NCBI GenBank assembly: GCA_013239625.1
Contig: MU054662.1
Location: forward strand, 11,583,798 to 11,647,797
Direction: 5' to 3'
From: Lama guanicoe
Lineage: Eukaryota
Length of the DNA stretch: 64,000 nucleotides
Below are positions 35,757-47,850 of this stretch, one piece after another. The notes under the pieces are model-generated. The model was not told the DNA's origin and ran no database searches. It saw nothing but the letters and a program-made list of their open reading frames with translations. The position numbers were made by a program, and so were the translations under genes. Position 1 is the stretch's first letter, and each line of letters begins with the position of its first letter.

Positions 35757-37326
35757 TTAATAGTATAGTTTATTGTACTAACTTGCATCCATTTCTCCTT
35801 GTTTTAGAGGGAAGAAAAGAGAGATGAAGGGAAGGAGCCGGGATTTCAGAATGGAAGGCGATTTCTCAGAGCAGGTGAAGCACTTATTCAGGGTCATCAA
35901 GGGACTTGATCTAAACACCACCTACTTTTCATAAATCTGTTGGCAGCGAATTAGGATGGGCAGTGCCAAGAAGAGTGTCTGGCACACAGTGGGCGTAGGG
36001 AGCGGTCACTGTTGTCTGTCATGTCATTGTCGAGCTTATGTCCCCGACCTCGCCCGTGGATGAGTCGTCAGTCACCTGGAGTTTCTCCCGGCCCCGTCCC
36101 CTCACCCTCAGCGTCTCCGATCTTTAGGGTTATCCCAGGTGCCCCCTGACCTGCTGCTCTCAGGCACAGAAGGGAGTCCAAGTCATGAACACTTTGGTTC
36201 CATAGCAAGTATTCCTAGGAGTGTCTGAATTTTGAGAGACCCCAGGAAGGAGAACCACAAGAAATGAAAAACTGTGTGGGAGCGTTTCAGACGCTGTGGC
36301 TGCAGATGCGTGAGGACTCGGGGGCCAGGGGCACAAGTCAGGGCACCCGCACGGGTGTTGAAGGAGGAGTTTTGGGTTGGCTGGGGGATGATGCTGTGAG
36401 AACTTTAGGGCTCCATCCACTCTGTTTTCCAGGTTTTCTTGAGCAGTGGAGGACATGAGCATTCTCTTGCTTCTGGATAAAAAGTCCAGGTTTTTTTCCT
36501 CTTAGACATCTAGGCCTGGTGCAGGCTGTGCAGCTGTCCACCAGTCCCACCTCCTCGGGTCACAGGGCTCATTTCTCTTCTTCAGAACACTCTCCCTCGC
36601 TGTCCTCTGTCTGGAGGCTCATCAAGTTGGATTACAGAATTTAAAGAGGAATGTGGACGTCAGGTGTGGATGGTGGGGCTCACCTCTCCGTCCTCACTCT
36701 GCAGACAGGGAGGCCGAGACCTGCAGGGACATCCTTCTCCCCGTGTCACACAGCTGGTTGACAGATAGGAGACTCAGGGCTGGCATGTGGGTTCTCAGCC
36801 CAGTGTCCTCTCCAGGTCACACTGAATGCCACTCTCTCTTGCAGAGCAGAGCCTGAGCTCAGAGGGTTTGTGTGACACGCCCCAGGTCTCAGCGCTGCCT
36901 GGAGGTGGACTTGGCAGTAGCATCCTGGTCTGCGAGGTGCAGGGGATGTGCTGTCATATTTCAACATCCTTCATCCCCCAGGCTGTGATCTTCACCCCGA
37001 ACTCTTCCTTGATGGATTCGCCGTTTCTTCAGTAAAAGAACCTCCCATTAAGGAGGAATTCAAAGTATTTAGCCATATTTAGAGACTTAAACAAGAGAGG
37101 GTTTCACCCCATGTGATACTGTCTAAGAATGGGGAGGTGTCTTCCGAATGCCTCAAAAGGTGATGGGGAAACAAGGCCTGAGGACTCAGGAAGAGAGTGG
37201 AATTTAGAGCAGCCACGCAGCAAGAGAGGAAGGGGGGGCACAGGGATGGAGGGCCTGGTGTACCTGCGTGGAAGGTTTATTAGCATTGACACTTGGAAAC
37301 GTTGAATGCTTTTTTCCATATCTTGC

Positions 37327-37401
37327 TGTGTGTGCGCGCGTGCGCGTGTGTGCGCGCACCGATTCATACTCATACAGCCCCCCTCTCTACCTAGTGCGCG
37401 T

Positions 37402-37436
<35 letters not shown>
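37327..37436. repeat. (TG/CG)n and (CG/CA)n tracts facing each other
   Basis: tgtgtgtgcgcgcgtgcgcgtgtgtgcgcgcac ...~35 nt... gtgcgcgtgcacacacac(ac)n. Confidence 0.9.
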
Positions 37437-37438
<2 letters not shown>

Positions 37439-39724
37439 GACATTAAAGACGCTTTCACACGTGGGTAGGCAGGGAATCTGGAGTGTCCTGCGGGTCTGGG
37501 GTGGCTGGCAGGCAGTGAAGCCGTCAGCTGGGGCTGAGTGTGAGGGGTGTACCGTTACCTTGGTCCTTGACTTTTCTTCCAGAGGGTGATGCAGCCTCCC
37601 TAAAGAAGTGTAAGCTGGGGTGCAACATGACTGCATCTGTCTTTTGGAAGGACGACTCTCAGCAATTGTGTGGAATGAGGATGGCATTAAGGAAGAGACT
37701 GGAGTAACAGGGACCGGGAAGGACAAGCTTTCCAGGGGCGATGCAAGCCCTGCCAAGGAGGGGACAGCGGAGACGGAGAGGAGTGTGCTGGCGTCTCTGA
37801 GTTCACCCTGTCAGGTTGGGTGATGGTGCAGGGCTAAGGGAAGGAAGCAGACAGAGGGAGTGACGAGCGGGACAGAGGTGCCCTTGGTCGAGCTGAGGGA
37901 AGCAGAGGACGGAGGTATTTGTGTGCATGGGTTGCTTTGGGTACATGCATGCGAGGGAGCGGCACGTCTGGTGTTGCGTGCCCTCTGGGACAGCTGGCAG
38001 AGATGGCTGAGGGGATGGGCCTGGGAGGGCCTGGGCATGTGGCCCTGGGAGCCAGCTGCAGGGACCGAGGACTGAAGCTGTGCGAGTGCTCTGCCCTCCA
38101 AATACGTGTACAGTTAAGGACCGTCTGCACTTCCTCCTAAGTGTCTGCTCACCCTTCCAGCATTTCCTCATCCCTTGTCATTTCTCTCTTTTTGCACCTC
38201 CCAGAGCGCAGGTGAAGTCTACCTGGCCAGGCGCCATCCTGGGGCCTTTCCCCAAGAGTCAGCACCCTCAGTTCTCCTTTATGAAATGCGGTGATTTCCA
38301 GCCACCGGACTCTGTGGTCCACAAGAGTCTTCTGGTTGGTCTGTGGGCTGATTCAGATGTCAGAGTGGGATGTCCTGGTGTCAAGGAGGAGATTCCTGGC
38401 TGGCGCGTAGAGAGACGAGTAGGGGAGAAGTCTTTACTTGGAGTGACTGGATGTCTGGAGTCTCACCAACCACAGCTGGAAAGTACTGGACGAGTTGCTG
38501 GGCTGCCCCTGCCAGCTTGGCTAAGAAGTGACATTACTGGATCCCATCACCTCCTGGCTCTGGGCAGTAAGAGGCGAGGCTGCTCAGAGGTGCAGGGAGG
38601 AGGAAGCGAGGGCAGGCAGAGCATAGAGAGCCTCTATGAAGGAGGTGACATCCAGCCTGACTGCAGAGCTCCGAGGACCCCGAGATGGGAGAAAGCGGGG
38701 TCCGGCAGGCTCACGGGCTCTGCTCTGGGGCCCGCACTCAGGTGGGAGGTGGGCTTGGACCAGGAGAGCCAGAGCAGCTTTTCTCCTGCTGGCCTGGTCA
38801 AGGCCAAGCTCCAGGTTCTTCTTTAGTTAAATACCAGAGTTCTCTGCCCTTCAATTTCTGATGTTTGAGACGATCAGAGAAAACGCACGCCAGTGAGCCT
38901 TGTGCCAGCTGGGGCACGGACTCCCCGGTGGGAATTTTCTCTGCCGTGCTCACTCCTGGCTCTGCCCTTGGCCATCTGGGGAGCCTGGGGTTCCCCGGGA
39001 CTTCTCTGCTCCCGGGGGGTGGGGGGAAGCAGGGAGGCCGGGAGCCCGGGGAAGGCAAAGGGCATTGACTAGGTTGGTCAGGAAGGACAGACCAGGGAGG
39101 CAGTCCACATGCACTTCTAAATGAGACGCCAGAGGTAAAACTCGTGGGCAGTAGCTTGCTAAGTGGACCCTTCCCATCCTGGGAGGTTCAGTAAGAGCCC
39201 TTCCAACCTGTTTGGCCAGTGAGCAGCGGGACAGGACAGGTGAGAGCAGGCTGGGGGTGTGGTGTCCGATGCTGTGCAGTGGGTTATTTCTCATTTCTGT
39301 GAACTGTGTCCCGGAGTGCTGGGACCCTGCGGGGGAAGATCTCTGTCCCAACCCCCCTTAAAGCTCCTCTGCGGGTGGCCATCATCTAAAATTCTGCTGT
39401 CAAAATTCGGTTTTAAAAAAGGCTTTGATCCTTTTAAGGTATAAAAATACGTGAATGGGAACCATTTTAAAGCTGCTATCAGTTATTTTCAGTGTAAATG
39501 AAAGTTATTACTTAGTGTAAATGATGCTGGCGGCAGCACATTTTGAGGAAGGAAAGCGAGGATGCGGGAGAAGAATTAGAGATCAGAAAGCACGGTGGTC
39601 GGGGGCAGACGGGGCGTGGTGGGGAGCGCAGGGCAGATGGGTTTCCGTGGGCCTCCCCCTCATTTTACCTGCAGGAGGAGACCTGGACCTGCAGCTCACC
39701 TTGGTTCTCAGATGAACTGCACTG

Positions 39725-40065
39725 TTTTTTTTTTTCTTAACATTGAAATATAGTTGATTTACCATGTTGTGTTAATTTCTGGTGTACAGCACAGTGATTC
39801 AGTTTTTTATATACACACACACACACACAATCCTTTTCATAGTCGTTTTCTTTGTAGGCCATTATAAGGTATCGAATATAGTTCCCTGTGCTGTACAGTA
39901 GGACCTTGTTGTTTATCTGTTTTATACACAGTGGTTGGTACCTGTGAATCTCGAACTCCCAAGTTATCCCTCCCTCTCCCTCCTCCTCCTTAACCGTAAG
40001 TTGTTTTCTATGTTTGTGAATCTGTCTCTGTTTTGTAAATAAGTTCCTTTGTGTTCTTTTTTAAA
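39725..40065 (-). mobile_element. L1 3' end (laurasiatherian/artiodactyl type) with poly(A) tail
   Basis: Poly-T then attgaaatatagttgatttac...atatagttccctgtgctgtacagtaggacc...gttttgtaaataagttc. Confidence 0.8.
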
Positions 40066-42999
40066 TCATAATTTTTAACTTTTATTTTAAAATTTTTAAT
40101 TAAAATTTTATTTTTACTTTTTATTTTTGAAACTGTGAACTCTTGAAGTTAGAATTGTATCATACTGCCTAATTACCGGAGTCCCAAGTAATGCTCTTCG
40201 CTCTGTGAGCTCAGTGTGTCCTCATTCACAGCTGAGGTGAGACTATTCCTCCTCTTTCATAAATAAGGAACTCAAAGCTGCGGGAGACCGGGCCATTCAG
40301 CCAGCACCCACAAGCCACCCGGCGTGAGCCAGTGCTGGGCTGTGCCCTGGCTTGCAGATCGGCAGTTTGGGGCAGTGAGCTGGACCCAGTCGCACAGGGC
40401 TGCTGTTTTCAGCTCGGGTCCTGGCACGGCCCTATCCCAGTTTCAAATATTTTAACGACAGGTGCAAGAGGAGACTTTCCCTCCTGACTAGGCATAAGCA
40501 GGACTCGCTAACCCTCTAGGAGGAGAGCAGCGGGCTTCGGAGGGCTACCCATCCCCCAGATCACGGGCACGGTCTTGAGGGTGTCGTCTGTGCCGGCGTG
40601 TTTCCAGGGATCACATGATGCCCCCTGTGGCCCCTAAGTGGTTAAGGATCACTGTGTTAGTGCAAACTGTGATCTGTGCTGAATTCCAGGGAGTTGCGTT
40701 CCCTCAGTGCCTCAGCGTGGAGGGAAGGGTGTGAAGATAAACACAACAGGAAAAAAAATGCCTTTTTTTGGTACAAAGTAACTGACACTCCTCTGTTCTG
40801 TTGGGGTGTCTCTGTGACTTTTTGTAAAAACTCCAAAGACAGTAGATCAGTCACATGAAGGCCATCAAGTTAAGTGTTTTTCTTACCCAAAGTGGAGATG
40901 TTAATAATTGCTGTCTCACCACGCCCCTTCACCCACGTTTTGTAAAGATGAAGTCAGATAACATACATTCCCTCGTTCACGAATCATGTGCTGTTCTGTG
41001 TACGCCGGGTATCTTTATTTAAGGAGGAGAATGGGCTGATGGGAGAAAACTCGGCGTCTGGGGAGGAACGAGGAACTTTACCTGGGGGCCTCGTCTGACC
41101 TTCCGACATTCCCACTGACTGTGCTGAGGTGCCTGAGGTTGGGGTTCAAGCTGTCTTGAGGCTACTCTTCTGAGCGCGGGTGGTGGTGGGCAAGAGTGTA
41201 CTGGGGGAGCGGAGCCGAGAGAAGCTTGCGTGGCAGAAGGAACCAGTGGCTTTCTAAATCCCCAGGCAGGAGTCAAAGATTTAGTGCTCACTTCATCTCC
41301 ACTCCAGGTATCGCTCCTGCGCCAGTGTATGTAAACCTGTGGACTAAGTTACTAAACTGGGGAGCCTGAGCTAGGATGGTGGTGGCTGTTATCTAAGACC
41401 GTTTAAGGGGGGATTCAGGGTGCAAGAAGAAGGAAACTATTACCCTGTGAGTTTCCCCAAGCCACGTCAGAACCTTTTGTTCTAACATCCTAGCATCTGG
41501 GAGAACAGACACAGGACCTAAGTACCAGAGGGACTTCTACTAAATACTCAGCCCCGGAGGGAAGCAAAGTGGGTGGCGGAGAGGGAGAAAATAGAGGGAA
41601 ATATTTCTTCTGAGCAGGGAAGAATGGACCCAGGCCCAGGGCTGCGATTCATGGGGCCTCAGATGAATCTCCAGCTGCTTCAGCTGTCTCCACATCTGGG
41701 GGAAGAGCAGCCAAGAGCCCCCGCACTGGTGGGAGCCAGGGGACGGTGCCGCGCTGTGGTTTAACACTCCCTGAGCCTTCCGAGAAGCTTCCCGAACACC
41801 TCTGTGAGCCTGTCTGCTCTGCCCACCTCTGCGGCACGGGCTCCCTGACAAGCAGATCACACATTCCTGGGATGTTCCTGGATCGTTGCCAGAGAACGGT
41901 AGAGACATAACAGCATAAAAAAAATGGCAAGCTCCTAAATCTATTTTCTGATCGAAATGCTAACATTTAAGGCAATGGTTTAATAACACCTGATCTGAAG
42001 ACTTGGGAGACTTCATTCACTCTGAAAATCAGAAGACCCACTGAACTCTTGCCTAGACCACAGGACTTCTTCCTCCTTTTAACCGCCCCTCCCCACCTGT
42101 GCTCTCTTTTCTCCTTCATTCTTTTCTCCTGTTTGGGGAGATATTCCAGGATGCTTGATTTTACAAGATGCAGAAGTCATCCTTGGTCCTGATGTTGGTG
42201 AATAATCAGAATCTGAAAGAAGTGAATTCTAAGTCTCCTTAGGGAATCCTGTGACTCCCTCCTCCCGGCCTCAGTGCATCACCCTTCTGGGTTGATCTAC
42301 CTGGAACCTTCTGTGCCCACCTGACTCAGCCAAGCCATCAACTCCTGCCCTGGGGACAGTCACGGAGACTCCTGTGAAAGAAAAGGAAGCCCCAGTTCTG
42401 ATGAGTTTCTAGTCCGGTGTGGCCATAGCCCAGCCTCAGGAGAAGGGCTTAACATTGAATTAGCAAAAAGCAAGCATGTCCAAATTGAATATTCGTTTTC
42501 TAGAAACAGAATTCACAGATGCTGAGGGCACTAAGAGGAGAGGACCGTAGAGCTGTGTGAGTGGAGTGAAGTGGCTTCCTGTAAAAGGTGAGAATTGTGT
42601 AGACAGGCAGAGATGAGGCGGATAGGGCACTGTATGTGGGAGAGATGGCGTGCAGAAGTATTGGCTTCTGAGCAGAAGCAGCCAAGAGAATTAGTGTAGC
42701 TAGAGCCAGTAGAGCCAGGCTTCCACGGAAAGGGTGGAGAGGAATGCGCTTATAAGAGGAGAAAAGCGACTCTCTGGGTGGCCGTAGACAAGTAACTTTC
42801 TCTCTCTGGGCCTTAGTGGCCTCCACTAGGAGAGGAGGGTACTGGGCTGAGGTTCCATCAGAGAGGTGTAAGGAATTAATAATCGTGGGAGCAGTGTGTT
42901 GGGCACCCCGAATTCTCCTAGGAGATAGCCGAATCCCCATTTTAGAGCAGAAATTCCTTGTCCACTGTGAGTGACCAAGCTGAGATGAGAATCGGGCCC

Positions 43000-43300
43000 A
43001 TTCACTCAGTATTTAAGGAGAGCTCCTGTTTGCCAAGCACTGGGCAGGCCGGAGCGAATGAGGCAGAGGGTTCTACCTTCATTCTAGTTGTGGGACTGGC
43101 GGGAAGGGGGAGACAGTGAATGAGCAAGTAAGTGAACAAAACAGGTTTAGACACGGGTAAATGCTGCAGAGGAAAATAAAGCCACAGACTCAAGTGTAAT
43201 TTTGGGCTTATTAGGTTGGATGGCCGAGGAGGGCCTCCCTGAGCAGGTGGCACTTGGGCTGAGACCAGAAGGGCAGGGAGAGGTCAGCCTCATAGGTGAG
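43000..43300 (-). mobile_element. L2 3' fragment
   Basis: cattcactcagtatttaaggagagctcctgtttgccaagcactgggcagg...gagggcctccctgagcaggtggcacttgggctgagacc. Confidence 0.6.
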
Positions 43301-43589
43301 GGGTGTAACAGGCCGAGCTGGAGGGTTCAGATCCGACAGGCCGGTCTTTCCCAGGGGGAGGAGTTGTCTTTCATTTCCCAAAGACCTGAAGATCCCACAG
43401 GACATGGAGAAGCAAGACGGTGGCACCTGCAGTGTTCTGGTATGGCAGCAGGGCCACCAAAGTGACACTGGGGATCCTGAGCAGAGCTGGGAGAAGGTGG
43501 CCCTACCAGCTTTCCTCCTTTCTCATTAGGAATACTAGAAACTTCGGGAGGTGATGACGCAGTCATCTTGGAGGGTCAAGGGTCTTGGT

Positions 43590-43870
43590 GGTAATAATAA
43601 TGAATAATAATAGCTCATAAAAATATTAACCATCCTACTAGGTAACATTTGATAACATTTTTATGTACCAAGCACTTCCGAGTGCTGTTAAAGTACTCAC
43701 TTATTTAATCCTCATAATAGGTATGGGAGGTGGGTAGTATTATTATGCTAATTTTAATAATGAAGAAGCAGAGGCTTAAGGAGGTACAAGAACTTAACCA
43801 AGATGACACAAATAAGGGGAGGTGGCACCAGGGTCCTCTGAGCCTGGCTCCTAACCACCATGCCATGTTG
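43590..43870 (-). mobile_element. MIR SINE
   Basis: taataataatagctc...atttaatcctcataatag...tattattatgctaattttaataatgaagaagcagaggctt. Confidence 0.65.
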
Positions 43871-45148
43871 CCTTTCATAGGCCACAAGCAGTCATTCAGT
43901 GTTGACTTGGAAGTGGCCTTAGATCTTATCTCCACCAGAGATTTCCAGTGCAGTCTGCTGACTGAAGACCTCTGATGGAAGATAACCCCTCTTCTTTTCA
44001 CAGATGAGAAAATGCAGAGTTGGGAATCAGATCAGTGATCGGAATGGAGTGTCCAGGCTGAGTTCCCCCAGCTTCTACTCAAGTTCTGTGTCCTGTAGCT
44101 CAGCACATCCCCAGAGCCTCAATTCCTGCTTAGGGACCCCTGGCAAACATGATGGGACAGAGTGGCAGCTTCCCAGGAGTGGAGATGCGTGTTTAACAAG
44201 GTACCACACAGAAAACTCTTCAGGGTGGGGCTCAGCACAGACAGAGCTCGGTGCCTGCTGGTTCCTTTGAGAAAGTCACATGTGCTCAGGGATGAGACCC
44301 GTTGGGGGTGGTGGGGGAGGGGAAGCAAGGCAGGCTGGTGGGGTGGGGCCTCCCCCCTGGGCCTGCGGTCTTGAGTGACACACCACAGACCCTACAACTT
44401 CCGTGGATCACAGTGAAAGTAAAATGTCGGAAGCCTTGTAACTCACCAGGAAAACTGCTGGGTGTGGGGAACCAGGAGGTTGCCCTAAATAAGTGACTTA
44501 CGATGGGCCTTGGCTGTCTTTAATTACAGGCCCTCTTTAAGCACACAAGCACAGAAGACCTTTGCAAACGTGGCCCTTCTCTCTCCCTCTCTCACAGTCC
44601 TCCATAGGCACGCTCTCCCCTTCATTTGCAGAGCATAAACACCACCTCTTACTCATTCACATAATGAGTCTCAGCCCCGTGCCTCTCAGTTGACAAGGGG
44701 CCCAGGAGGATCGGGCATCTGAGCCCTCTTCCGTTCCAAGGCCCCAGGGGGCTCCTCCAGCCTCCATCCGTTACGGGGAGAGGATGATGGGCAAAAAGTC
44801 CTCCTCAATGGACCAGCCCCAGCTGTCTCTCCTGTTCAATAGCTACTCGAGCAGCCACTTTCCTAAAAAAAATTCCAAAGTTCTTCTGCTCACCCTTCCT
44901 GGGCTTCAAGTCAACACAGGCGCTCCCCTCCTGCTCCTCCTCTTGCAAACTCAGCTCAGAGCCCTCTGGTCCTGGAAAGATTTTCTAGGTATCAGGAGAG
45001 GCCAGGAAAGCCTTCCTTCCTCTACTTGCCCTTCTTCCTCATCAGAAGAAAAAAGTTGATTTTGCGGAGAGAGAGGAAGGACTTCGAGGCCTGGAGCCTG
45101 AAACAGGGCCCCTTAGACCCCCCTCACACGAAACACGAACTCATGGCC

Positions 45149-45168
45149 TGACGTCATCCCCCCGCCCC
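45149..45168. promoter_or_regulatory. Full palindromic CRE (TGACGTCA) adjacent to a GC box (CCCCGCCCC)
   Basis: Exact motifs ~1.4 kb upstream of the ADAMTS15 ATG; function untested. Confidence 0.45.
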
Positions 45169-45899
45169 TGCCCCCGCTGCATTCTCACCCTCCCACTCCA
45201 TTGTCCTCCACGACCCTTGGTCAAGGATCAAATGAGAGAAAGTCAGGGAGAAGTAACTGTTTCTTGATGATTTTTCTACTCTCCACTGGTTGCTCAGCCC
45301 CTCCCTGGCAGGAAGACCCCCTCTTTCTCCACATCCCCCTAGGCACTGGTGTGTGCTCTCCCTCCAGCCCCGAGTGGTGTACACACTCCCACTGGGACCT
45401 GGTGGGAGCTCCCGTTGTGACGCCCCCGTGGTGGGGATGCATAATGGCTGGTCACTCAATCCTGTCATGGAACCCCCACCCTCTGCCCTTCTCCCCGGGA
45501 GCTGGGCGCTGTCCTGGAGGGTTGCTGGCTCCTGAGGCTCAAGAGCACAGGTAATTGTGTTCGAATAATTACGAAGTGATGAGGGTTGTTATTAAACATA
45601 ATTTATAAGTTCACATAATTAAAAGTTTAGTAATGACTGTGTTTAATAGCTGACTGGCAAAGTTCTTGAAAATTAAGCACCTGCTCCAGTCCATCCAGCA
45701 TACCACTGGGTCCCAGCGGCCCTGGGTTCCAGAAGGGGTCTCCACGTGCCTGGGCATTCGCCCTTCTGGCAGCAGTAGCACATTTCCAGGGATACTGATG
45801 AAGAAACAGCAGGGATGTTGCAAGGGGAGGGATGAGGTGGGTCTCGGAGACGAGGTCAGCAGTGGGTCTTCATATCCAACTCCCGACCCCAACTACCTT

Positions 45900-47850
45900 G
45901 AGATAAAGGTTAAGCCCCAGGGAGCGGACAGATGTCGGTCCGGACGGAAGTGTCGGGCTCTGGGGCGCAGAGTGAAGGCAGACCGCAGACGAGACTCCCA
46001 GCGCTGATTTCTCTGGCCAGCCCACGCCTCCTGCCTCAGCTCAAACGCCACTCCCTCCCCGCCAAGTGGCTCTCCGCTCGGGAGGCGGGACCGACTTATT
46101 CGTGGCCCCAGGAGGCTCGGGGCTGCAAGCTTTGGGAGGCTGGGAGGGGAGGGAGGGAGGCAGGGCGCTGACTGGGCAGTCCAAAGAGGAGGGGGCCTTT
46201 AATAGGCTCGCCCAGCGCCTGCTTTGCGGCTCTGAGAGTGGCTGCGGTTCGGAGCAGCGGCCCGGCACCTCCCTCTAGTTCGCGGCTCCAAATCTTCGTC
46301 CTTGCACTTGACAGCGGTTGTACTTAAGCTCCTGGGGCGCGCTTTGCTTGGAAAGGCACAGGTAGGAGGCGCGGGCCGCCGGGTGCACATTCACTGCTCT
46401 GGGAGGAATTTCTTAACCTTGGCTTTCCTTTCTGGAAGCTGCGGGCGGCCCCGGGGCGTCGGTCGTTCCTGTGTGCGGGCTGCAAAGAGACCGTGCCGGC
46501 GGCCCGGCAGCCGGGCCGAGCCTTTCCGAGAGCGCGGCTGTGCGCTGCCCGGCGCCATGCTTCTGCTGGGCATCTTAACGCTGACTCTCTCCGGGGCACT
46601 CGCTGGCGGCTCAGAGCCAGAGCAGGAGGTGGTGGTCCCCATCCGACTGGACCCAGACATCAACGGCCGCCACTACTACTGGCGGGGTCCTGAGGACTCC
46701 GAGGATCAGGGACTTATTTTTCAGATCACAGCATTTCAGGAGGACTTTTACCTTCACCTGACACCGGATGCTCAGTTCCTGGCGCCCGCCTTCGCCACTG
46801 AGCATCTGGGCGTCCCCCTCCAGGGTCTCATCGAGAGCTCTCCGGACTTGCGACGTTGCTTCTACTCTGGGGACGTGAACTCCGAGCCAGACTCATTCGC
46901 CGCTGTGAGCTTGTGCGGGGGGCTACGCGGAGCCTTCGGCTACCAAGGCGCCGAGTATGTCATTAGCCCGCTGCCCAACGCCAGTGCGCCGGCGGCGCAG
47001 CGCAACAGCCAGGGCGCACACCTCCTCCAGCGCCGGGGCACCCCCGGCGGGCCTCCCGGAGATCCCACCTCTCGCTGCGGGGTGGCCTCAGGCTGGAACC
47101 CCGACATTCTGAGGGCCCTGGACCCTTACAAGCCTCGGCGGAACAGTTTAGGGGAGGGTCGCAGCCACCGCAGGTCCGGGCGCGCCAAGCGGTTCGTGTC
47201 TATCCCGCGGTATGTGGAGACGCTGGTGGTGGCGGACGAGTCGATGGTCAAGTTCCACGGCGCGGACTTGGAGCATTATCTGCTGACGCTGCTGGCCACC
47301 GCGGCGCGACTCTACCGCCATCCCAGCATCCTCAACCCCATCAGCATCGTCGTGGTCAAGGTGCTACTTCTCCGAGACCGCGACACGGGGCCCAAGGTCA
47401 CGGGCAACGCCGCCTTGACGCTGCGTAACTTCTGTGCGTGGCAGAAGAAGCTGAACAAAGTGAGTGACAAGCACCCTGAATACTGGGACACCGCCATCCT
47501 CTTTACCAGGCAGGTGAGTTGATCTGTCGCTTCTTTGGACCAGATGGCCCCCATTTTCTTGAGGTCACCGCCCTTAGCTCTTCAAATGCCCTTTGTGTCG
47601 CGCAGTGCCCCTGAGTTTAAATTTCGTTGATCTCTTCCGACTGCCACTTTGGATCTTCCGGGGAGAGCCTGCGCCTGGGCTCGGCGGAGCTCTGGCTCGC
47701 GGGCAGCCGGACGCACGTGGGCGGTCAGCGGAACGCCTTGCTCCTTCGGAAGGTGTTGGCTTGGCGCGGCCAATGAGCGCCTCCTGGATCGGGCGCGGAG
47801 GGGCCGGAACCCAGGAGGTTGCCGCCCCGGAGCTGCAGTTTGTCTCCAAG
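45900..47850. promoter_or_regulatory. CpG island over the ADAMTS15 promoter and exon 1; GC box (GAGGCGGGA ~46082) and TATA-like TTTAATA (46198-46204)
   Basis: Dense CpG and high GC around the first coding exon. Confidence 0.8.
46557..47513 (+). CDS. ADAMTS15: ADAMTS15 coding exon 1 (signal peptide, prodomain, furin site RAKR, N-terminal metalloprotease), 957 nt
   Basis: Kozak gccATGc; MLLLGILTLTLSG...VVVPIRLDPDING...RRSGRAKR/FVSIPRYVETLVVADESM...WDTAILFTRQ; donor CAG|GTGAGT. Confidence 0.98.

Noticed and set aside
38080-38826. 248-aa plus-strand intergenic ORF
   Set aside because: GTG start, no recognisable domain or splice structure; expected by chance in GC-rich DNA
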